From the NCBI GenBank assembly GCA_043228905.1, contig JBHGNT010000010.1, forward strand, positions 15,500,001 to 15,564,000: DNA of 64,000 nucleotides, read 5' to 3'. This DNA comes from Azolla caroliniana (taxonomy: Eukaryota; Plantae; Polypodiophyta). The translations under genes and the position numbers were made by a program. Below, in pieces: positions 47,368 to 59,500 of this stretch. Every line of letters starts with the position of its first letter. Positions within the stretch are counted from its first letter, which is position 1. A model generated the notes under the pieces. The model saw only the letters and a program-made list of their open reading frames with translations, did no database searches and was not told where the DNA came from.

Positions 47368-49604
47368 AAGCGTTGGTACTTTCCTTAGTGCATGTTCCTC
47401 TTCTAGAGAAAGATCACAGGATTTAGGACTGGATGTTACAAAAAGGCAACATTGTTATTTTGTTACCCCTTTCTAGAGGAACACTCTCTCGATTACTTCT
47501 TCTAAGTAATCAAATCAAGGGGATTGTAGTGGGATGGAGGAAGGCTTTCAGGTCGTATTGTCGACTGTGTACCTAGCCGATCGAGAGTTAAGGGGATGGG
47601 GAAGTAACTCGACCCTAAGGGTTCCAAGGGATTCTGGCTAGGATAACCCATTCATCTGTCCCACACCACACTTGGGAATACACATTGCCCTTGACTTCAT
47701 AAGGAGCACAGTAGAGGTTAATCGGTCCAACTGATTTCCGACCCACGATTTCACAGACGTGTGATTACACCGCCAATATACTTGGAACACAAGTTGATAT
47801 ACCAGATTACCCCACAAGAACAATTAGTATATCAAGAACACTCTCTATTACAAGTATTGATCGATTGTTGGTATGGCACTCACTTACCTCTCAATATGGT
47901 CTAGCTTCTAAAAATAATATATCTATATCGCCCCCCCCCTTCATTTTAAAACACTCGGTATTTATATAAGCCTCTATGCTCAGCGCGTTACCGTCATTCC
48001 TCCTTAATATTCACTACAACATTTGTACAAAGACTAAGTGCATCTCTTTCTCACATATGTCCTGGTCGAATGTTTGGGAAGCACTTTTGCCTATTTAGAC
48101 AAATTTCGTGAGCCCTATCCAACAATGGCTATTTTCTCCGATGGACAAGATTTTGGAAACTCTGTACCATCTAAATGTCCCGAAATAGTAAGGTTTTTTA
48201 TCAAAACCAACTGCATAAAGTTAGCTTCCTTAAGCAATCCCTCAAGCAATCTTTGTTTGATTGTCTGCAACTTAGAGACATCACACTGCGAATTTACATT
48301 CTTTACTTGTGTTTTTAAGCTCTTTACTATCTAATCGACACTTGCATACTTCTCTTTATTCTTTGTGGGCTTTCACCTCACTTTGAGGTTTCCCACTAGT
48401 AATAAAAGTGGTACTAAAAAAACGAAAAGCACAAAATATCTCATGTGAGGACAATTTCTTGAAAACAAAAACAATTATTTATAAAAATGTCAAATAAAAG
48501 AAAAGGAAGAGTTAAATAAATCAAAGCATTGCTTGTGTGAAGAGTGGTTCTGCTTAAAAAGAGAAGTTTGATCGAATCTTTATTGAATAATGGACAAAAA
48601 GTCGATTTTATCATACTAAGTAGCCTTGACAAGACATTTTGATCGAGGCATTGAAACTTGATTCGGTAGCCTCTTATAGCATATGCTGAACCAAAAAATA
48701 ATGTGTGAAGGATTTATCAAATGTTATTTCAAGGAAAGAGCATTGTCTTGAAAAGGCGACAGAAAGGTAAAGTCCTGACTCCTATCATATGAAAATCAAA
48801 GACAAAAGTAGTGAGCTAGTTGCATCAACTTTTTAATTCGATTTAATTTGACACATCAATGTAACATATAGTTTACAAGAACGAATATTTACTTCGATAT
48901 TTTTGTTGATGGTCTAATACTTTACCACATTGGGTAATCCCATTGCAATGAAAAAGTTCTTTGAAAAATATAAAGCATTTCGATATAAGTTAACAAATTT
49001 GTATCCTTATACACATTATGAAATGTTCCGAATCTCATCACAATTATTCTACTAGACAAAAACTGCAATCATATCAATACACTTTTCTACAAAATTTTGA
49101 TCTAGCATCACAATCATATCACTACCCAAGACAAAAGACCTCAATTGAAGATTGAAGCTTTCTTCATTCTCTCTTCAAATGGTTGGCATCACATAATCAC
49201 GGTTGGAGACAGCTAACAACACGTGCCTCACGACTTCCCTTTCTCCATCATATCAATCATGCACACATGTCTCCATGAATCACAACGTTGTTAGGCCATG
49301 ACTAATCAATCCGATAAGGAAACATTACTTCAAAAGTAAAACAAAATATGAAGCATATCCTTACAAATTTTAGAAGAGAAAAGAAAAAGAAAAAGAAAGC
49401 AAACGAGGAGAAGAAGGACGTTCATGAACAAAAAGACAAAAGGATTGAATGCAACGTGGATATGTTTCATGCATTCAATCATCTCTCTCTTCGAGAACAA
49501 GAACTAATGATGAACAAAATCTGCCTACTAAGCTTGTCTTAATGAATAGATATTATCAAAAGCAGAGGAGCAATCAATTGCACAGTACCCTTATATATAT
49601 ACAA

Positions 49605-49606
<2 letters not shown>

Positions 49607-49668
<62 letters not shown>
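49607..49668. repeat. Compound (TA)17(GA)14 microsatellite ending 33 nt before the Egt1 ATG
   Basis: Direct reading. Confidence 0.93.
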
Positions 49669-49670
<2 letters not shown>

Positions 49671-49701
49671 CCACCCCATATTTGCATGCAACATACAAAA
49701 G

Positions 49702-50024
49702 ATGGGTATTCATCACGAGGATCATCAAGAATTAACAAAGAGAGAGAGTGAAAGAGAGCGTCTTCTACAAGGTCTCAGGTCATCGACTCCTAAGTGTATT
49801 CCTATCTCCCTACTATATGATGCAAAGGGCACTCTTCTCTATGAGAGGTTATTGGATGAAGTCCCTTCTTACTACCCCTATGCTGCCGAGGATGAATTGC
49901 TTCGGCTTCATTCCGCCTCCATCGCTAGCTCTATCCCACCCCAATGTCGCCTTGTCGAGCTCGGTTGTGGAGACGCCACCAAGACTGTCCACCTCCTCAA
50001 TGGTGTCAAGGCATTGCATGGACG
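49702..50024 (+). CDS. EGT1: EGT1 exon 1 (methyltransferase N-terminus, SAM motif I)
   Basis: TPKCIPISLLYD...YYPYAAE...LVELGCGDATKT; donor CG|GTATGC. Confidence 0.9.
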
Positions 50025-53000
50025 GTATGCATTAAAAACTTGTCATATTTCACCAACACCATATGTTTGTTACATAGTATGTGTATGTTTATGTAACTTT
50101 ATGAAGATGTATTTGTGCATGAAGGTAGGAACATATATGTATGTAACTTGTATGTAAGTATGGTTTTACATCAACCTCTTTTGTGTGGGTATGTCTTTGC
50201 ATGTGGCCTTTGTGTAGACATTATCGCATGTATGTATCTCGATGTGCTTATTAATATACTATACACACACATGTATCTCATTTAATCGAGTTGGTTTTTT
50301 TATATTGTTTTTGAATTTGTTCACATGACACAATACATCTTGGCATATTGTTTTTTAATTTGGTGATATAAACATCAAACACAATATTATACACAACAAC
50401 GTGTTATAATTCAATGACATTTGGGACATGTAATTTCCAAAAGTGATATACACAATATGAGACTCATTTAGTGTACTTTATCAAATGTGTATATAATGTC
50501 TTCCCTTATTGGATTACACAACATCTGATTTGAAATTGGGTCATAAATATACCATATATGACTACATGGCCAAAATTGACCAAATATGGTTTATGTTTTC
50601 ACCTTTGATCACATGATATGGTGTATGTTTGTTGTGATTTCGGGAAATATGATTTCAACCAGTCTACATGTAAGTATTTGATAGTGCATGGTGTTTGATC
50701 ATGTGGTACTATAATTAGCACATAAGCTCATCTTACTTATGTCAAACCCAAATTTGAACATTGTAGTTTGGCCATATAAATGGCCACTTAGTATTTGATC
50801 ATTAGCACATGAACCCAACTTATTTATAACAACTAAGAACTTCACTTTTGAACTCTACAGTTTGGCCATATAAATGGTTGTGGAATATATTGATTATATG
50901 CAATAGCCCATGAAAGCCATAATATAAGCTCTAAAAATAAGCCTTTATTACTACAACGTATAGGTTTCCTTGATAAAATTATCTAACAACATTTTTAGAT
51001 ATTCTATGGTTGAACAAAGAGAGTATTTTGATTATACATGGTATGTAGTCCACAAAGTATTTCATCAACTATGTAGCACATGAAGAATCCTCATAGTATC
51101 CTCAACCCTTTTGAACTTAATCATACAATCTTTGGCTAGAATTACTCAAGGTATGTGATAGAATAAAAGAGTTTGGTGTAATCAAATATATTAAGTATGT
51201 TTTCTAGCATCAAGCATTAATGGCAAAAATATTTGAGATTTTGTTTTCTAGGATCAAGAATCGATTATTGAAGGTAACAAATTGGTTAAATATGTGGGTT
51301 GGATTTCATGTTTTTATTGTAGGAGGAGGTATAACTACATGACCGTATATATATAAATAATAATCTAGAGAAGACATACACCATTTGTGGGACATCAATT
51401 GTCAATGTGTGGCATATGAATGCATTAATAAATATTCCATAGTAGAAACTTAGCATTTGTGGGTTCCTTCCTATATTGCATATGTTTTCATTGAACTAGC
51501 CAACAATTATATTTCCTTCATATGATCATTTGATTTCATGTGATATCTATACAAAACAAGGTGGCAATATTTGGGCATAAATTATATGATTTAAGAACCA
51601 GACATGTTTTCCTTTACCAGGTGCAAGTACGTGGGCATAGATATATCGGGGACGGCAATAAAGATGGCTCGAGAAAACATATTGGATCGAGTAAAAGGCA
51701 TGGACGATTCAAACCTAACTTTCATTGAAGATGACTATAAACGAGGGATGAGGCAAGTGAAAGCAATGTTTCCCAATGAATGTTTGTGCATCATGTGGAT
51801 GGGAGGCTCTATTGGTAACTTTGATAGGGATGCTGCAATTGATTTCCTCTCAGAAGCTCTAGATGTAGTGGGTCCGAAGTGTCTCTTCTTTCTTTGTACA
51901 GGTATTGATTATATCTACATGAAACATATTTGTAACTTTAATCTCATTTTTCATTCAACATCGGCAATTGTTATTGCAAAGTTAATTTGGATATTTCTCT
52001 TGACAACATTGGTTCTAGCCACATACGAGATTTATATATCATTTCTTGTGACGAGTAACTTGACTTAATTCAAAATTGAATTGTCAATAGTTTAGGTTTC
52101 CTTCGTAGCAATCAAAATTTAAAGTCAAAGTGAGTTTAAACTAATGTTTTTTTTTACCAACAATTGTGTTTGTAAATGTTGAGTGAACACTTAAACTCAC
52201 TTATTTATTTGTTTTTTGGATATAGATCTATGGAAAGAAGAAGAAATTCTTTACAAAGCATACCATGACGATGAAGGTATCACCGAGTTGTTCATCAAGA
52301 ATGGGATGAGGAATGCATTGTCTCTTTTAGGGTATGACGTCACGGAAGAAGAACACAATTCTTGGAAATATCAAGTGGTGATTAACAAGGAATTGAGACG
52401 AGTGGAAATGTGGGTAATTTTTTGCAACGACATAACTATCGAAAGATATGATGTTCACCTGAGGTATTAAACATATGTATATAGTTCTTATTGATTAAAT
52501 GGTCATTCATCATGGTTGAGATTTGAGGCTTCCCTAATGAAAATATGATGTTATGTATACCCTAGACAGGCCTAGATATTTGAATAACAAAATATGTAGT
52601 TAGTTACACACACATGAGGTATTTCTCATTCATACAAGCATTGCTATGAGGATATATCATGTTTTTATATTTATTTTTTGGTTTTTGTGTTGCTTGTTGT
52701 GCTTTTGAGCTCAGAAAGGGTGAGGGTGTTCTAGTGGAGATTTCTAGAAAGTTCTCGATCCGCGATATCGAGGAGCTCGCCAGTCAGTCTAATTTCTACA
52801 TACAAGAGGCTTGGAGGAACAAAACATACAGTTGCCAAATGTTGTATTCTGCCCAAGAAGCATTTTCATCTTGTTGGAGTGATACAGATGCAATGTTTAA
52901 TGGGATCAAAGATTGGTCGGCACGCCCAATCGACCTCCGGCACCCCTTCCTTTTCTACTAGTAAGCCATACTTCAAACTTGGCCCCGTCATATTTCCATT

Positions 53001-54616
53001 ATGTAATAAGTGTCAATACAAATACATAGCCCTTTCTTCTATGGCAAAATGCCCTATCAAGGTACTTCCCCCTTCATATTTCCATTAATAAGTGTCAATC
53101 CAAATACATAACCCTTTCATTCTTTGGGAAAATGTCCTATCAAGATTATATGCCCCCTGTGTTTTTTTTACTTAAAACATACCTTTCCTCTCTATTTTGG
53201 GGTCTCTAGATGGTTGAAAGTGTTTAATTGGTTATTTCTAGCTGGTCTCTTTTTTGGTTAATTCTCTTTGCTCTAATTTTTGTCAAAAGGTGTGACCTAA
53301 TGTCTTGTTTTGCATCACACAAAAACACCATGTGTTGATTAGTGTACTAAACCATATCTTTGTAATTTGAATCACATGCTCACATAACGTAACAATGTGA
53401 TGATGCACATAGTGGGCATGTGGCGGCCTTTGCGAGCTCCCGGCTTCTTCACCTTCCTCCGACAAACCCTTATTCGGACTTCGACATGATGTTTTCAAGG
53501 GGTATCGACCCAAATGTCTTGGACCCTACAATATGTCACGACCACCCGGACCTTCCTCCTCAATGGCCATCCCGGGAGAGCATTGGAGCGTATGTGAAGA
53601 GTGTGAGATCTTCGATACTAGAGTCCCTCGACAAGGGACACTTGTCCATGTACCGCGTTCGCCTCTTCCTCGAGCATGAGCGCATGCATCTGGAGACATT
53701 GGCATACATGCTGGCCCAACAAACCAAAGCAGAATTTGGAAGAGAGTATCACCCATATGGTAACAATGGTCATGGGTGCATGAAACCTCGGAAGGAGCTG
53801 TTTTGTAATGGCAGCTATGGTGGTGATGATGATGATAATGTCCTCACCACCACCAATGGAAAGGGTATTAATGATGATGCTACAAATGTGTTCATACCAC
53901 CGGGAAAAGTGGTCATGGGATCGGAGCCATCAGACGTGGTGTTTATGTGGGACAACGAGATGCCGTGTGTCGAGAGGCATGTTCCGGATGCGATCATGGT
54001 GAGCTCTAAGCCCGTGAGCATACGGCAGTTCATGGCATTTGTGGAGGACGGTGGGTACGAGAAACGAGAGAATTGGGCGAGGCTGGACGATTTCCGTTAC
54101 TTTGAGAAGAACGGATACAAGTGGCCGGCGACATGGTCCAAAGTGGGGGGTGAGTTCTACATACATGGTGTGAACACGACGAAGCATTGGGAAGAGATCG
54201 GGGAACACGCGGTGTACGTGAGCTTGGCGGAAGCTGAGGCGTATTGCAAGTGGATCGGGGGTATGAGGATAATGACCGAGGAAGAGTATCACAAAGCCTT
54301 GGAGGAGGAGGAGGATGGGAAGAGAGTGATGGATCTAAGGAGAGGTGGGTGGGAATGGACATGTAGCCCATTCCAAGGTTTCCAAGGGTTCAAACCCATG
54401 GAAGAGTACGAGGAATATTCGGCAGATTTCTTCGATGGGAATCATTTCGTGTTGAAAGGCTCGTCCCCTGTGACCCACCCGAGCCTTATCCGCGACTCAT
54501 TCCGAAACTTCTACCAACGCCAATACCGCTACATGTTTGCCAAATTCCGGTGTTGTCATACCGCCTCTGCTCCCGCCTCTGCTCCCGCATATGACCCGAA
54601 TTGTGCCATCGGGTGA
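49702..54616 (+). CDS. EGT1: Egt1-like bifunctional ergothioneine biosynthesis protein (EgtD histidine N-alpha-methyltransferase + EgtB sulfoxide synthase), 5 exons, 763 aa
   Basis: join(49702..50024,51621..51901,52226..52463,52715..52960,53413..54616) = 2292 nt with four GT-AG introns, consistent phases and no internal stop. Motifs: LLYDAKG, YYP..E, LVELGCG, GGSIGNF, AYHDDEGIT, VEMW, EISRKF; LRHPFLFYYGH, RGIDPNV.DP..CH.H, WP, EHERMHLETL.YM, WDNE, WEWT, YEEYSADFFDG.H, SFRNFYQR.Y. Confidence 0.93.
51621..51901 (+). CDS. EGT1: EGT1 exon 2
   Basis: Acceptor TTTACCAG|; YVGIDIS, MWMGGSIGNF; donor AG|GTATTG. Confidence 0.9.
52226..52463 (+). CDS. EGT1: EGT1 exon 3
   Basis: Acceptor ATATAG|; DLWK...AYHDDEGITELFIKNG...RVEMWV; donor AG|GTATTA. 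Confidence 0.9.
52715..52960 (+). CDS. EGT1: EGT1 exon 4 (spans the EgtD/EgtB junction)
   Basis: Acceptor CTCAG|; GEGVLVEISRKF then RPIDLRHPFLFY in one exon; donor TA|GTAAGC. Confidence 0.9.
53413..54616 (+). CDS. EGT1: EGT1 exon 5 (DinB-like iron site + FGE-like domain)
   Basis: Acceptor ACATAG|; GH, EHERMH, WEWT, stop TGA at 54614..54616. Confidence 0.92.
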
Positions 54617-54771
54617 TCACACGACAATCCCCCTAAATGATGCGTGGACGAGGATTGATCTTTTAAAAATGTCTTGCCTCCTTTCACCCAAAAGAAAATT
54701 CCTAGCTCTCGAATCTTTCGGATGCGCACCTTCGGATCGAGCTCTCTCTCTCTGTCTCTCATGTGTGTAAT

Positions 54772-55095
54772 GTACTATGCAAATTTTCCTTTTTTAGACA
54801 TAATGTGTGCTGATCCTTCCAGGGAATCATTTCGATTCCTAGTTGGTATCGTGCTATGCACATTTTCCTTTTTTAGACATAATGTGTGCCGATCCTTCCA
54901 AGGAATCATTTCGATTCCTAGTTGGTATTGTGCTATGCACATTTTCCTTTTTTAGACATAATGTGTGCCGATCCTTCCAAGGAATCATTTCGATTCCTAG
55001 TTGGTATTGTGCTATGCAAAATTTCCTTTTTTTAAGCATAATGTGTGCCGGTCCTTCAGGGAATCACTTTGATTCCTAGTTGGTATTGTGCCCAT
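54772..55095. repeat. 79-bp tandem repeat x4 just downstream of the EGT1 stop
   Basis: CTATGC(A/C)..TTTTCC starts at 54775, 54854, 54933 and 55012. Confidence 0.93.
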
Positions 55096-56559
55096 GCATG
55101 TTGAAATTTTAAGTGTATTAATCCTCGTTTTAACCAATTGGGTATTCAAGATGCTCAACTCGAGCTCATGGTATACCTATTATCTCGAAAATAAGGTATT
55201 CTTTGAATGCACAACCTAGTGTAAAAAGTGTGTTTGTGTTGTATGGATGTCATTGTAAATGATAATAATGTAATCCCTCTTGTATTGTATCTACTACTAC
55301 TTTTGACATGTCCCAATCATGTCTACGAGTTAATTGTAGCCACAATCTATCACAATCAATCAGTATATATACATAACAAAATAAGATTGTATTATTGGCA
55401 TATAACACATTGAGTTGATCTTTGAACAAGGCATCATTTCTGTTTATTGAATTAACATCTAGCTAATTGTTGCACTTTTTGTGTTGTAATTGGTGTGTTT
55501 TCCTCACTATAATTGACACGTATCTAACTAAAATCAATATCCTTTACATTACGAGAATTGATGCTCTTCCACAATAGGTAAAATGGTTTAGTTTTTACAA
55601 TTTTCCTATGCCCTTGCCCACATTTTCTTCTCACCCTCTTGTCTTCTCTTTGCGTGCTCTATCTTTTGCCTAGTGATCTTGGCAAAATCTATGAAAAAAG
55701 ATGTACATATTGACAATTTCAAGCAAATAAATGAATCTCTAAAACCTTTATGTACATCGTATCTTATAATAAACTCTAATTGACAACATTGCTAGTCTTC
55801 TCTAGTTTATCGTTTCCATCCACTCTATTCATATTTAATCTTTTGTTGATCCTTTCTTCTCACTTCACCTCTTCTATGTTCTCATTACTCTGGATTTCCT
55901 ACATATTAGGAAACACAAAATTTAAACAATTATACATTAAAGTGTTTAACAACTTGTACTATATTGAGGAAGAGATACTTATAAAAATATTAGGTGGGAG
56001 ACATACATTGTTGGGAGGTACATATAATGTCTATGGTATTGAGATACCAAGCTCAACCACATACCTCATGCATGAGTCATGACTACACACACTCCTTGGA
56101 CACAATGTGTTAAAAGTCCACCATTGACTTTATAAATAGACGTTGTCTTTGAATTAAGTATACTCTTCCATCATTATTAAATTGATGCTAACTTCTATCT
56201 GTACTAGAATAGAAATTCTATATAAACCAAGCTATCTCATCCCTTGTATATATATAAGATTGGGAGAAGGACAATACGATAGTGGAGAGTGACACTTGGC
56301 AAAACATGGACCGCCAATCTCAACATGAAGAGGGAGAAATATAAGAGGAAACTCACTTTTATGCTCTTTGTGATCACCTTTCCTACTTGCTAGATCTCTT
56401 TAATTTGTTAGAAGCCAAATACTTTGGCTGGTTTCTTAATTCTATGACCCGATCACATCATGACAATGGGGAATGGTTGTATGACTTGTAGGCTCTTGAG
56501 CGACCTAGCTACAATGATGGCATTGGGGAATTCTTCTCTAATGAACTCATGACATATAG

Positions 56560-59500
56560 GAAGATCGTCAGAGAGTAGATAGGAAACAGATTAAGAACAA
56601 TAGACAACTAGATCATAACACAAGATTAACCAATCAAAGAGGAAAAGAAGAAGAAATACTGTATTATTTTGAGCTTTGAGTTACAACAAATGGAGGCAAC
56701 AAAATCACAACAACTAGGTTACAAAGCCCATTATATACTAACTGGGCTAGGGCAACTGCCCTTTCACATATTTACAGAATTGTCCTAACCTAGTTTGTCC
56801 AAGGGACAATGTGAATACGGTCATTATATACCCATATTCGACACTCCCCCGTAATGGGCGTATACAACAAAAATCTATAAATAAGAATTATAGATTGTAC
56901 AAAGTTATCAAACATATCGGCTTTGTTTGAGTCGGCAAAATCCGAGAGTAGAAGGCCGAGTCGGCCGGAGTCGGAAGAACTGAAGCCGAGCTTTGAACTA
57001 TCGATGTCGATTGTCCGAAAATATTCTAAATGTCTGACTGAATCAAACTGATTCTTCTCTACGCCCATCTGGTGCCGAAGGGATTAGAATCGATCCGCCG
57101 AAAGACACTTGATCATTCCATGTGTGACATTATCGACTGTAGGTATCTTCTCAGGGCTGATTTTCCCTGAAATGACATAGTCCCGAACAAAGTGATATTG
57201 AATGTCGATATGCTTGGAGGCGTTGTGATGAACCGGATTTTTCGATAGAGCAACAACACCTTGACTGTCGTTGTAGACAATTGGACCTAAGTTAGAGTCG
57301 ACTTGTCAAAACGTGTGCGCCAACCGACCGAGCCATAAAGTCTCTTTCGCTGCATTGGATGTGGCTACGTATTCGGCCTCGGTTGTTTGTGTGGCAGCGC
57401 ACTCCTGAAGTTTCAATTTCCACGAGATTGCTCCATTGCCGAATTTGAAGCAATATCTGGTTGTTGATTTTTGATTGTCCAAACAGCCGACAAAGTCGTA
57501 GTCGGTATAACCGACTACGCCTGATGTATCATTCGGGCTGAATAGGATGCCATAGTCTTTTGTGCCCACAAGGTATCTAAACACATACTTAATTGCGTTC
57601 CAATGCGATCGACCAGGATTGTGCATAAATGTGTTGACGACTCCGACGGCATGAGCAATGCTAGGTCGTGTCGCAACCATCGGGTACAACAAGGAGTTGA
57701 CTGCTAGTGCATACGGTACCGATTTCAGATCTTCCCCCTCCGAACCGGATGTTAGGAAAATCTTGTTGAGACAACCGAAGATTAATGGGGAGCGGGGTCG
57801 AAGCATATTTGGTTGATTGCGTGTTAAAGCGTTATCCGACACGTCCAGTATATTAGTCGGATTGAGACAAAAACAATTGTTGTCGATTCTGATTACAACT
57901 TATCTTCATCCTCAGAATGTGTCTTGTCAGACCGAGGGTCCTTCATGGCAAACTTCAACCGCAATTGCCGAACAAGTTCAACGAGTTCTCTGCTTGACCA
58001 AAGAGTAACATGTCGTCCATGTAGATGATGAGGAAGATGGGAGACCCATCTCGAGATGTTTTGGTGAAGAGACAACGGTCCTCATCGCTCTTTGAGAACC
58101 CAACTGATTGGATGAAGTCGCCGAACTTCTTGTACCATTGTCTCGGTGGCTGCTTTAGGCCGTATAGACTCTTCTTGAGTCGACACACTAGATGTTCCTA
58201 GCTGGATTCCACAAAGCCTTAGGCTGCTCCATAAAAATTTCTTCCTCTAGATCGCCATGGAGGAAGGTTGTTTTTACATCTAGCTGAATCAACTCTAAGT
58301 CCTCGACTGCCACTATGTCGAGTAGAAATCGAAGGGTCATCATTTTCCCCACAAGTGAAAAGATCTTGTCGAAATCGACGCCATATTCTTGTCGAAATCC
58401 TTTCACTACTAGTCTAGCCTTGAATTTTGGGTTGACCGAATTAAATGTCTCTTTTAATCTATAGACCCACTTGCACGGAAGAGCATGTCAATTTTTCGGC
58501 CGTTCAACCAAATCCCAAGTCTTGTTTGCCCGAATGGAGTTCATTTCCGACTCAATCGCCAGATGCCATGTGGCCTAATCGGCTGATATCGATGCTTCTT
58601 CGTATGGTGTCGGTTCACCGACATCCGACAAGATTCCAGGAGAGTACCTCTCCAAGGGCTGTGACTGTCTCTTGGATCTTCGAGGTATGATTGGACTAGT
58701 TGCAACGAGTGTCTAATTCGGTTGGTCCAAAGCCGAATCATTTGATTGTGCCAAGTCAAGCGATGTCGAGTCGGTGCGAGAGGATTCGGCTACCCGTGAA
58801 TCCGATCTCGTATTACGGGTTGGGCCTTCGTGAAGGATCGGCAATTCTGAAGAGATTACCCTTCGGACTTCAATAGGCCTTCCGACCGTCTTGTGGATAG
58901 CCGACTCATTGAACACTACGTCCGAACTTCGGATGATCTGTTTGTGCTTGGGGTCCCAAAGTCGGTATTTGATCCCGTCGTTTGGTCCATAGCCAAGAAA
59001 ATATAATTCATGGACCTTGGTTCTAATTTTCCGTGGTCATCTTTTAGTATGAGGGCGTATGCGTCGCATCCAAAAATCCTCAGCTTGTCATAATTTAGCA
59101 AGTTCCTGTCGGTCCATAATTCCTAAGGTACTTGAAGTCCTAGAGGCCTACTTAGCGATATGTTAATTATGTGTATTGTCATAACTAGGGCCTCTGCCCA
59201 AAAGCCATCCAACAATCCAGAGTGTTGGAGCATGGATATTATCCATTCTTGAATTGTCTGATTCATCCACTCGGCAATTCCGTTCTGCTCCAGATTGTGT
59301 GGTGTCGTGTATTCACGTCTAATGCTGCACTGTCGGCAAAATTTGACGAATTCTTCTGACTTGAACTCTCTTGCGTTGTCGGTCCAAAGGCATTTTAGCT
59401 TTTGACTGGACTAATTTTCTACCATTGCGAGCCATTCGGAAAAGACCGAGAACACCCAATCTTTGGTTCTGATCGGATAAGCCCACACCTTCCGAGTCGA

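Noticed and set aside
47400-49560. Short ORFs upstream of EGT1 as a pathway partner (e.g. Egt2)
   Set aside because: AT-rich, with no PLP-enzyme or other motifs that I can recognise.
52992-53146. ~65-bp imperfect duplication in EGT1 intron 4 as a hidden exon
   Set aside because: Exons 4 and 5 already join to give the conserved FYYGH motif; no coding signal.
52900-53720. Ovothiol synthase OvoA call from LRHPFLFYYGH and EHERMHLET
   Set aside because: OvoA has a C-terminal methyltransferase and a GVDEMSWD motif; here the methyltransferase is N-terminal and EgtD-type, and the loop is RGIDP...CH, as in Egt1.
53420-54616. Stand-alone formylglycine-generating enzyme (398-aa ORF)
   Set aside because: It starts at GTG just after a splice acceptor, lacks the FGE catalytic cysteine motif and splices in frame to upstream exons.
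54772-55095. CRISPR-like array
   Set aside because: Whole units repeat with no unique spacers, there are no cas genes, and the context is eukaryotic.
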